A stretch of 64,000 nucleotides of DNA from Octopus vulgaris (taxonomy: Eukaryota). The position numbers and the translations under genes were made by a program. The notes beneath the pieces are model-generated. The model had not been told where the DNA came from. It saw only the letters and a list, made by a program, of their open reading frames with translations, and ran no database searches. Position 1 is the stretch's first letter. Every line of letters begins with the position of its first letter. Positions 52,890-64,000 of this stretch are shown here, piece after piece. The stretch is taken from NCBI GenBank assembly GCA_951406725.2, contig OX597816.1, forward strand, positions 143,654,001 to 143,718,000, in the 5' to 3' direction.

Positions 52890-53875
52890 TTTCTTGTCTT
52901 TGCAGTTTCTGCCAAACCTGATAAAATCCAACGACAATATTACTACGTCCTTACATTCCTCCATTTTTCCAGTCCATCATTGGTAAATGATGAAAATTCT
53001 GTTACGTTGTCTATGCTGTCAATTCCGCAGAGAATATTAAACCCACAAATTTACGTCTTCAAGCTAACGAAACAGAAATGTTACTACAGTGCCTCAATCT
53101 AACAAGAGACGTAAACATTTTCGTTTTGTAAAATATTTCCCTCGCTGTCGTCACTCTTATTGTTATTGATATCATCATCATCACCACCTTTTCCACTTCA
53201 GTGAATCTCCTTTTCTTCTCTAGGCCTAGGAAATAGAAAAATACATGGCTGAAATATAAATATATAAAATCAATGAATATTATAATAGTGATTGCTGCCA
53301 TAGAGAATAAAATGTGTATATAACACCTTGGCGAGGTTTGTTATGTATAGACTTTCGGCTGTCAGGCTGCCGCTCTCTATTGATAAAGGCGTCAGTTTGG
53401 AACAAGTCATGGTTTACGTGAGAGTGATATTTACTAAGGATGAGTTTCGTTGTGTTGCTTTTAAAATATTTGTCCAGGTCGTCATAATGATTCGAATTTG
53501 TAAGACACATTGTTCGAAATAATTATTTGTTCAATATTCATTACAGATTATTTTATCAGAAATTATTATTTTTTAAAAATGTAATATAAGACTCAAAACT
53601 TTAATCTATTTCTCACATCAGGTTACAATATTTTTTAAGCGCGTAAGAGAATCATTTAATCATAATTATGTGAATATGTGTAAATCTATAAATATTTCCA
53701 TATGATTCATGTATGTGTGTGTATAACCATTTGCGTGCATGCATGAGTACTTGTAATAACTTTTTATTTGAAAGTGAAATCTGAAAACAAGATTTTGTTT
53801 GGTGCAGACATAGCAGTGAGGTTAATGGATTTGCTTCACAACTGCACGGTCCCGGGTTCATTTCGTTGGTCCAAT
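52890..53875 (-). repeat. Right arm of the old inverted duplication
   Basis: See 51000-52010. Confidence 0.8.
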
Positions 53876-53927
53876 GTCTTCTGTCATAGCTTATTTAAAT
53901 AAAGAACGTCGTTCAATCCATTTTCTG

Positions 53928-54024
<97 letters not shown>

Positions 54025-54569
54025 GATATAGATCCTCTGTTACGGTTAGGTCTAAGATATATACTGATTTTAAGGATGCTAGTTGTGTGCTGCTCATACG
54101 TATGGATAGATCTGATAATGTTTTCTTGCAGTGTTTGTGTTTCTTTGTAACGTTGAAGAAGATCAGATTGGCATAACTCTATCTGTAGATGTTTTCGAGA
54201 TCTCTATTCATGGTTAATATTTGGTGTGACAGGATAACAATTGTACAATGTTGGGCAGGAATGGAAGTTTGTATCATCCGCCAGTAGTGTGCATCTAAAA
54301 TATCTGCACCAGTGGCTGTGCGTACTAGAAAGAGACACCAAAAGAATCAGTGCATTTTTCGTGATAGGATACGAACCACTCATCAATCTTTTAGGTAAGT
54401 CTCTTACTACCCTCTCTGGATTGGATAAAATAATGGAAATACCACTTTATTTAACATTTTTCCCTCTAGTCTGTATATATATATTTATTGGCATTATGAA
54501 TGCTACGTACATTCTTATACAGAGCCTCCGTTTTTCTATTTTTTGCGGATATTCATATCTTTGTAAGGT

Positions 54570-55538
54570 AAAATGTGTGGCCTACCTGATTTTCAAGAAA
54601 GTAAATTGTTGAAGCACGGATAGCTAGAGTTTCAGTCACAAAAACTGAGGAATTGCTTACTGTTTCGAGAGGTACAGTCTTTTGAATCATGTTGGCATTA
54701 AAAAAAATGATAAAAACAGCTGTGGTAAGTATAATTCTGGACGGAAAGCAAAACTCACAGAGAGGAAGCGCAGAATAGTGAATTGTATTGTGAACTGTGA
54801 CAAAAACTATCGAAATACCGCATCAAAAGTGACAGCAGAGCCAAATCACCAACTTGCCAACCCTGCGTTGACCAAAACCGCTCGTCCTGAGTTCTGTAAG
54901 ATACCACTGAACGGCTGCAATTTCTAACTCTCTGTGGTATACCTTTGGCATATACTCATCGAAAAAATGGCGTCTAGACTATAAGAAATTGTCATTGGTT
55001 CACCGTTTAATCTTTGGAGGAAGTTTATGTGCGGACATAACCCAAAATAAGCTTTCTGACTGTTTGGCCTCCACCATGAGGCATAGAAATCGTTCTGTGA
55101 TTATTTGGGCAGCTATATCACAGAATCAACGCGGAAGGTTCTGTGAATACTTTAGTGGGTCATATCTTTTCTATTCTATAATTATTGTTCTCAGATAGTA
55201 GCGCAAGTTTTTAAGACGATAATGTACCGATTCAAACGATTAATGTTATTCAAAATTAGAACGAAGAGCACAAAAGTGAAGACAACTTGGAATGCCCCCA
55301 TCCAATCCCTGGTTCTCTATATAATCGAATATTTATGACATATTGTATATTTTGGGGTAGTAAGTGAGGGGCCGCGACCCTTCACCATCGTCGCTGAAAG
55401 AACTAAAGCAGGTTTTACTAAAAATTCCTCTAACGACCGTTCACAACCTGTACGAGCCGATTCGTCGGTGCATTAAAGCTATGACTAATAAAACTTCCAC
55501 TTCATATGGTGTTTCCATTATTTTGCTCAACCTCTGTA
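54570..55538 (+). mobile_element. Tc1-like transposon relic
   Basis: NSGRKAKLTERKRR, SVIIWAAIS, DDNVPI. 3' TIR ggtgtttccattattttgctcaacctctg followed by TA. Confidence 0.8.
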
Positions 55539-56425
55539 TGTGTGTATGTATCTATGTTTGTATTTGTGCTGGTATGTAATTATATACGACCTATATATGT
55601 TTATATACATACATTCATATACTCATAAAAACACACTAATACACACGAATAAGTTTTTGCAATGTCACTCAGCATTGAAAACTATAAAACCTAACACAAT
55701 AAGAATGATGCAATACTTAATACAGTGAAGTTTCGATATGTTGAAATATTAAGCTTTCTTCTTTAGATTAATTAGGGTGACTCAGCTCTTGGCTCTATAT
55801 TCTATGCCCTATTTAAATATATCTTTATCAGACAAATGTAAATGTAAAAACTACAACGTACCAGACTATTGATTATGTTAACCATGGTTGTGTGATTAAG
55901 AAATTTTATTCCACTACACCATACCTTGGGCTATTTACCTTGTACGATAGTCCCAGTTTTACAAATGACGAGTGAAGGAACTGACAAAAATTATGTACAG
56001 CTAAGTTACGTTTTCTTATATAAAGGGGTACAACTCGATACACTCATTCACGTGGGTAAAAAGGAACACCACGCGCATACATGCGCACACATATCCAATA
56101 TGTTTCTGCACATGTTCTTTATACGAAATGTTGGTCACTAGTAATTAATATATTCATATCCACGACAGATATATACAACTGCAAAAATTTGACGATAAGC
56201 TCTAGTTTCTCTGTCTCCAAGTGTGTTGTAGGGGTAACCACCACACCAAATCGTGCACGCATGTTGATTAAGTTGACGTGAATTTCGTCCCAATATTTTT
56301 TAAACCGCTTTATATAACCAATAGAAGGGTCACCACAGGCTTTTTCTCTGCACCGTAATAGATCTTGATTAAAAGTAAAAAGACAAGCGTACTGTCATCA
56401 TACATACATACATACATGCATACAT

Positions 56426-56525
<100 letters not shown>

Positions 56526-56629
56526 CTGTGTATGTATATATATATACTACATACCCTGTACCGGCAAGCTCTCAATGGGGACAGTAGGATATTACACTAG
56601 TTGGCTCAGGCAGAGACAAAACTGATCCC

Positions 56630-57088
56630 AAAATGCAGAACCACCCACATGGCAAAAACTACTGGCCAATTGCATGCCAGAACTTAATGTATAACTTATA
56701 TACAGCATGTTTAAACTTCTTCACAGCAGAACGAGTTGCTGGGAAGAAAGCTGTCTGACGATGTGCCGAGCAATTGTTAATAAACAAAACTGTAATGTCA
56801 GTTATGCGGGAGGATAGAAGAAACCTAGTTTCAACTTGGTTAGATTGCAAGAAAGCCTTTGACTCTGTTCCCCACTCATGGATGTTAGAAGCCCGTCAAC
56901 TTGCTAAAGTTCCAGTGAGCATAGTCAAAGGCATTGTTGACCTGACTTCATTGTGGGCCATCATCTTGAAATTAAACACAAAGCGTGACTGTATTATCAC
57001 CGATAGAATGCAGTATCGCAGAGGCATATTCCAAGGGAACAGCCTCTCTGTGATGTTGGTTGTACTTTCTATAAACTGCTTGTCATTC
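56630..57088 (+). pseudogene. R4/NeSL-type RT fragment
   Basis: QLLINK, WLDCKKAFDSVPHSW, RRGIFQGNSLS. Confidence 0.85.
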
Positions 57089-57540
57089 ATGCCCGTGAGC
57101 AATTATGGAGTGAATTTTAGGGCTTATAAATCTAATATTCTCCTATCCTTCCTTAATACCGGTTCCCATATGCTGTTCATATCTGCACTCGGTTTGCTTA
57201 GGAGGTCGTTGTGTCCTAGAATATGTGCCGCTTCTTTTAGTTAAAATAATAGACAGAGAACACCACTGGAAAATACGAAAATTCACTCCATAATTGCCCA
57301 CGGGCATATGGTGTAGTGGTTAAGAGCGCAGGCTACTAACCCCAAGATCCCGAGTTCGACTCCAGGCAGTGACCTGAATAATAATTAATAACAACATCGA
57401 AAAATACATTAGGAATGAGAACCAAGACACCTGATGAAGGCTGGAGGGTATATCAGCCGAAACGTTGTGTTAACAACAAAGAAGATGAGGACAAATATCC
57501 ATCAATTGTAAATAATGTAATTAATGTACATAATTCCTCA
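57089..57540 (+). mobile_element. Composite element: 30-bp inverted repeat, tRNA-like Pol III head and hammerhead ribozyme
   Basis: IR at 57089-57118 / 57278-57307. A-box TGGTGTAGTGG and B-box GTTCGACTCC within 57302-57374. HHR at 57426-57471. Confidence 0.75.
57426..57471 (+). ncRNA. Minimal type I hammerhead ribozyme
   Basis: gacac-CTGATGA-a-ggctg(gagggtatat)cagcc-GAAAC-GTT-gtgtt. Stem III is the palindrome AACGTT. Confidence 0.8.
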
Positions 57541-57555
57541 TCTCATAAATATATG

Positions 57556-57779
57556 TTTCTTTATTACCCACAAGGGGCTAAACATAGAGGGGATAAACAA
57601 GGACAGACAAACGGATTAAGTCGATTACATCGACCCCAGCGCGTAACTGGTACTTAATTTATCGACCCCGAAAGGATGAAAGGCAAAGTCGACCTCGACG
57701 GAATTTGAACCCAGAACGGCAGACAAAATACGGCTACGCATTTCGCCCGGCGTGCTAACGTTTCTGCCAGCTCGCCGCT
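57556..57779 (-). mobile_element. SINE (family of 986-1380)
   Basis: Reverse complement of head, core and tail. Confidence 0.88.
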
Positions 57780-58952
57780 TTATCATCTTATAAATATAGA
57801 ACTGTAAAAACCCAGTAATTAATACATTTACAATGTATATAAAACCTTTTGAAATTTCATAGATATTTATATATCAGCAATAGTCAAATATCTATCAGTA
57901 ACTTCCGAATGTGCGCAAAGCTGAGCTCAGTTAGTATTGAAATCAGTAATAAACAATTTCCTAACGATAGCACAATACACAGATCCATAACGGTGAAATA
58001 TCTGTAACATTCGAATATCCAAAGTGTCAAATCAACAATGTATTAAATGTAGCAGAAGGAAATAATTAATATTCTTACATATTTAACATGGGATTCTGGA
58101 AACAGATTATAGCTAATGGGTTAGAAGGAGTCATGAGAGCATAATTAATGAATGTAAAGGAACAAAAGAAGCGAGAAGAAAAAAAGAAAGACTTGTATAT
58201 TTTCTGTAATAAATATAAGTGCATGCACATATAATCAATAAGTTCACATACACTTGTCTTTCTGTCTAGTTAACCATAAACACCTAATGGTTGAAGTCAA
58301 AGTGTCGACAAAGGAATTTTTCCCACTCAGCATTGAGAAGTATCAATAAAATGTGTTTCTTTTTATTGCCGCTTTATGATAGCTGCGTTATATATGAGGT
58401 GTACCCAAAAAGAAACCAAACTTTTAAACTAGTTTACCAACCAATCAGCTTAGTGTGCTCGTGGCTGTAATGATGCTTATAGATGACCTTGACTTTGAAT
58501 CTAATTATAGCTACCCAGCACCATGTCAGTTCTATACGGTCATTGATTTATACGAGCATATGTTTAGCGCACACACCAATTTGTCCTAAGTTGAACAAAG
58601 AAGGATTTGGAAGAGTAGTGCGTTTGTATGAAAATTTGTTTCAAATGAAAAAAAAAGAATCAAGATTTTTCGAATCTTGCAACAGTTACACGTCTCAATG
58701 TTCGTCTTGGTTAACTCAATATAACACGTGTCCCGAGTAGTACCAAACGTTTTAAATTTGCAAGGACATTCAGCGACGACTCGCCAAAATCTGGACGAAC
58801 TTCCTCAATTCACGGACGAAAGTGCATGATGCGAGCTGCGAAAATTGTCGCCTGACTATAAAGTTTCTGAAGAAATAGTGATGTGTATAAAAGCCTGCTT
58901 TCCGAGACTTGTACAACTTTTCTAGTTGCACTGTTCTTATATGTGTGTGTGT

Positions 58953-59008
<56 letters not shown>

Positions 59009-59043
59009 GTGTGTGTGTGTGTGTGCGTGCGTGTGTGTGTATG

Positions 59044-59122
<79 letters not shown>

Positions 59123-59599
59123 GCATACATACACGCATATATATATACATTATATAACAAAATAGAATGAAAAAATCTACAAAAGGTTTGTATTATATGT
59201 TAAAAAATATATTAAAATCGTCATGTTAGGAAAATGTTATAAAAAGTTTTTTATAGTGATATTGTTTTTGAACCGGTTTCGCATTTTCTTTTCAAATTTC
59301 TCAAATTTCTTTACCCTTGTTGTGTCATCTATTCGCTACGGTGTGATGTAGAAGAGTTCGAAACAGGGGGAGGTAGTCAGGGGCTTTTTCGGTATGGGGA
59401 GATAATCAAAAATGTTGGGAATGATTAGGTTTTGTTAATTTAATATGATTTGATTTTTATAGAATGAAATATTAGAAATGATTAAGTTTTGGTTTATATT
59501 TTTAAATGAGGTAAGTTTCCTTATTTAAAAATGCTAGAAATGGTTAACTTTTGGCTTATATTTTTTAATGATATAGGTTTCCTTATTTAATCTAGCTTA

Positions 59600-60800
59600 T
59601 GTTGGTGTTTCAATAGCACATTGATAAAATGGAAAGATTACAAATTGTGGTAGCAGTTGTTTTGAGCATCTGTCAATGTGTTCACTAAAGGGTATCATTC
59701 TGTATTCTGGGAATGCAATCTGCTGTCGATGCAGAGTGCATCTGCGCCTGAGTGATAATCCCGTGAACCCTATGTAGTTTTGGAGGCAGCTCGAGCATAT
59801 TATGACATAAATCAGGTTTTCTGAGGCACAAGTAAAATTAGATTTGATTTTGAATTTTTGTCCCTCTTTAAAAGGGAATTCTGATCCTTCTAGACGGTTT
59901 GGGCATGTTGCGCAGTTTGGTCGACCACATTTTTCCCTTTTGCGTCCGTTATTTTAGAAAATAATTTTGCCCTTGTAAGGATCTTTTTTAGTGACTTCAG
60001 TTGTTCGTGGCTTTTAATGAACTTATGTGTGTGTAAATCCTTTAATTTGGGGTTCTTATGCAGCATTGGTAGATTTTGGGTGATGATGGTGAGAGCTACT
60101 TTGTTTCTGGGCTTGTATGTGGATATGTACGGCAGTATTTTCAGGGAAAGTGTGTTGCTGTGTTAAACTTTTCTTAAAGTTTTTTTATGTCGATTTGTGT
60201 TTCACGTCTTGATTCCAACCTCTATGAGTTGAACTGGGTAGTGTCTGTCAATGAGGGTGTTTTTGAGTACTTGCTGTCTAAAGTCTCTGGTACTTTCTGA
60301 CACTATGGTGCATATCTTTCTTGCAAGGTTGAAGCGGATGTTTGTTTTGGTGTGTCTTGGGTAGCATGAATTAAGTAGTAGATGTGGTTTTGTAAAATAT
60401 GTCCATTTCTGTTTTTAGGTTTATTTTTTAAAACTAATATATCCAAGAATGGGAGCTCCTTTTGGTTATATTCCAATTTGAATTGTATGTTTGGGTTGAC
60501 GCTGTTCAATAGTATTTTGAATTCCAGGAGTTTGTCTGTGTTTTCATTCCAGAGGATGAAACAGTCTTCCAAGAATATGCTCCAATTTTCTTTTATTTAT
60601 TGGGAAAGAGGGTTTCCAAAGGTAGATAAAGATTCCTGGTATATTATTATTTCCAGATAGCCCGTTGTTAGGTACGAAATGACCGGGGCCGTGCTAGTGC
60701 CCATGGGAATTCCGTATTTTCTCGATAAAAAGTGTTATCAAACATGAAATGGTTGTTTCGTAGGGTGAATTCAACCGATTCAATTATGAAATCTTTGCTG
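59600..60800 (-). pseudogene. Penelope-like element RT + GIY-YIG endonuclease, decayed
   Basis: GIPMGTSTAPVISYL, EDCFILW, NPNIQFKLE..LPFLDILV, NFTCASENLIYVIICSSCLQNYIGFTG, LRRRCTLHRQQI. Confidence 0.9.
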
Positions 60801-60879
60801 ATCCTTTTCGGTATTTCTTCCGGATATTGGTCCAGCTAGAACTGAATTGACTCTAGAACTGATATTGGTCCAGCTAGAA

Positions 60880-61299
<420 letters not shown>

Positions 61300-61311
61300 A
61301 GTGTATATGTA

Positions 61312-61347
<36 letters not shown>

Positions 61348-61815
61348 CTCACACACATGTGTGTGTGTGTGTGTGTGTGTGAATTAAAACGGTCTAATAA
61401 ATGTCTCTGTGGTAAAAACGTTGAAATGTCATATGTATGCGTGTTCGCATCAATATATGTGTATGTGTGTGTCCATGAGTGTGTTTGCAAGTGACTGTGT
61501 TCTGTATGTAAGAGAGAGAGGGAGAGAGAGAGAGAGAGGGAGATAGTGTGGGAGAGTGAGGGAGTGTGAGAGAGAATGAAACAGAAAGTTTGCGTGTACG
61601 TGTGTGTTTATGAGTGGCTGTGTGTATTTGTATGCAATTATACATACGTAGATGCATACATGAATGTAACAGTGAGTCAGTAAATTGCAATTCTTCAATG
61701 TATGTCAAGTATTTTGTCTGAAAACATCAATGTTTTTGTCTGGAGAAGGAGAAAAATCGCTCTCCTCTCTCAATTTTGCTCGCTACATTTCTCATCTATG
61801 CTAAATACATACGCA

Positions 61816-61859
<44 letters not shown>

Positions 61860-62185
61860 ATGCGTGCATTTAAATATACATACACACATAAACACATAAA
61901 TACATGAATACATACATACATGAATACATACATATATACATACATACATACATACATACATACATACATACATACATACATACACACATGCATACTTATA
62001 TGCGTGTGTGCGTGCGTGTGTGTGTGACTGTGTGAATGTGTGTATGTGTGCATATGTGCGTGCGTGTGTGCGTGCAAAAGATTTACACACACAGTTGAAA
62101 TGAGCGTTTTACAGGTACATGAGACACGTATGTCATCCATCAGACTTCCATCAATGCGTGTAGCTCTTTTAAACGTATGTGTGTG

Positions 62186-62225
<40 letters not shown>

Positions 62226-62230
62226 CAGAT

Positions 62231-62625
62231 ACAGGAATGGCTGTGTGGTAAGTAGCTTGCTTACCAACCACATGGTTCCGTGTTCAGTACCACTGCGTGG
62301 CACCTTCGGCAAGTGTCTTCTACTATAGCCTCGGGCCGACTAAAGCCTTGTGAGTGGATTTGGTGGACGGAAACTGAAAGAATCCCGTCGACATATGTAT
62401 ATGTGTATGTATATGTTTGTGTGTCTGTGTTTGTCCCCCCAATATCGCTTGACAACCGATGCTGGTGTGTTTACGTCCCCGTTACCTAGCGATTCGGCAA
62501 GAGAGGCCGATAGAATAAGTACTAGGCTTACAAAGAATAAGTCCTGGGTTCGATTTGCTCGACTAAAGGTGGTGCTCCAGCATGGCCGCAGTCAAATGAC
62601 TGACACAAATAAAAGAATAAAAGAA
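62231..62625 (+). mobile_element. tRNA-derived SINE with internal microsatellite and (AAAGAAT)-type tail
   Basis: GGCTGTGTGGTAAG..GTTCAGTACC head, cggcaagtgtcttctactatagcc core, ggtgctccagcatggccgcagtcaaatgactga tail. Confidence 0.9.
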
Positions 62626-63067
62626 AAAAAAAGAATATACATACATGTACATAAATATATACACACATATACACACACATACACATACATGTGTGCGTGT
62701 GTGTGTGCGTGTGTGTGTTTGTGGCGTGTGTAAATATATATGCCCTTGATGGGGCAAACAAATCATTCGAAATTAAAATATCAGTCTGTTGCAAAACTTT
62801 TTTTCCGTTCTTATTTTGAAATAACAGTTTCACAATACATTTATATATGTCTCACTTTTGTTAGTGGAGATATTGGTGGGATTACCGTTATTGTTTTTGA
62901 GGAGCCTAAGTCAGAATCAGAGGAGTAGATCTAATTCTGGTGAATAAAAACACACACACGTGTGTATGTGTGTGTGTGTGTGTGTGTGCATACACATACA
63001 AAAACAAAGGAACACATGCGTGCGCGCACATAGACAGATATTTATATAAGCTGATGTTGACTAGTAT

Positions 63068-63139
<72 letters not shown>

Positions 63140-63251
63140 TAAACGGCCATAATAGGCCATTCACCCACTAGAAATAACAGCCAAAAGCTTTAACCGCAAA
63201 ATAACATCAATTCCGTAAACCAGGAGAAAATTAAAAAACATTTACCCTGTA

Positions 63252-63358
63252 ATTTCTTAGACGATGCACCGTTTCATCTACCGTTTAATGGTAAACTAAC
63301 CTGATTAAATTAAATCAAGCCAATCTACCATAGGCCCTTAGATTCATCAGTAAGAAAT
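63252..63358 (-). ncRNA. Type I hammerhead ribozyme, intact core
   Basis: atttctta-CTGATGA-atcta...tagat-GAAAC-ggtgcatc-GTC-taagaaat. Stem I is a perfect 8 bp. Confidence 0.9.
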
Positions 63359-63740
63359 ATTAAGTCGGAACAGATATTTTTCACGAGGCATTCCTCTTGC
63401 TACCTCGGCAATATCTGACCTAAAATTTTCAAATCGTCGCACTCGCGCCAAATTTATCGGCAGCAAATAAATATAAGCCACCGATTCCATTACGGAATTA
63501 ACCAGAAAATTCATAATTAATCAATATAGGGTGGCAAAAAAATTTTGTAGAATTCTTTTGCCACCAGCGGCCTAGTGGGAAAAAATTAAATAGTCATAAA
63601 CCATTTTTAAGTTCAACATCACAATCAAGGAACGGCCATAATAGGCCATTCACCCACTAGAAATAACAGCCAAAAGCTTTAACTGCAAAATAACATCAAT
63701 TCCGTAAACCAGGAGAAAATTAAAAAACATTTACCCTGTA

Positions 63741-63847
63741 ATTTCTTAGACGATGCACCGTTTCATCTACCGTTTAATGGTAAACTAACCTGATTAAATT
63801 AAATCAAGCCAATCTACCATAGGCCCTTAGATTCATCAGTAAGAAAT
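63741..63847 (-). ncRNA. Type I hammerhead ribozyme, intact core (second copy)
   Basis: Same motif, 489 bp from the first copy. Confidence 0.9.
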
Positions 63848-63969
63848 AGCCAAGTCGGAACAGATATTTTTCACGAGGCATTCCTCTTGCTACCTCGGCA
63901 ATATCAGGTCAGATATTGCCGAGGTAGCAAGAGGAATGCCTCGTGAAAAATATCTGTTCCGACTTGGCT

Positions 63970-64000
63970 ATTTCTTACTGATGAATCTAAGGGCCTATGG
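63970..64000 (+). ncRNA. Third HHR copy (inverted), truncated by the window end
   Basis: atttctta-CTGATGA-atctaagggcc... Confidence 0.75.

Larger units (their letters stand above)
63142..64000. mobile_element. HHR-bearing tandem element (489-bp unit) with terminal inversion, retrozyme/Penelope-pLTR-like, runs off the window
   Basis: Unit starts at 63142 and 63631. Inverted copy starts at 63906. No ORF. Confidence 0.92.

Noticed and set aside
57302-57374. tRNA gene (also heads at 8966 and 21860)
   Set aside because: Acceptor and T stems are imperfect and the sequences are embedded in repeats. These are SINE-type heads, not functional tRNAs.
59262-59310. GAAACCGGTT motif (minus strand) downstream of the Penelope ORF
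   Set aside because: The position fits a pLTR ribozyme, but the core and stems are too degraded to support a call

Overview
AT-rich, microsatellite-saturated eukaryotic DNA with no supportable host protein-coding gene. The SINE families and simple-repeat density look like a cephalopod (octopus) genome, which is an inference. Almost all ORF-track entries are microsatellite artefacts. The real content is decayed mobile DNA: a hAT/Charlie-like transposon, a near full-length Chapaev3-like transposon with TIRs and a TTA TSD, mariner and Tc1 relics, two R4/Dong-like non-LTR elements, CR1 and Penelope (RT + GIY-YIG) fragments, many tRNA-derived SINEs and some MITEs. The main signal is a set of non-coding repeats from several unrelated families that carry type I hammerhead ribozymes (HHRs) in a tandem-plus-fold-back arrangement, resembling Penelope pLTRs or retrozymes. 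These include a 489-bp tandem unit with intact HHRs (63142-64000), a 357-bp unit family (21016-21808 with a 12-bp TSD, and a 198-bp-arm palindrome at 42574-42986), and a Pol III tRNA-like head fused to an HHR (57089-57540). Two members of one family show C3-G8 versus U3-A8 covariation in the catalytic core.
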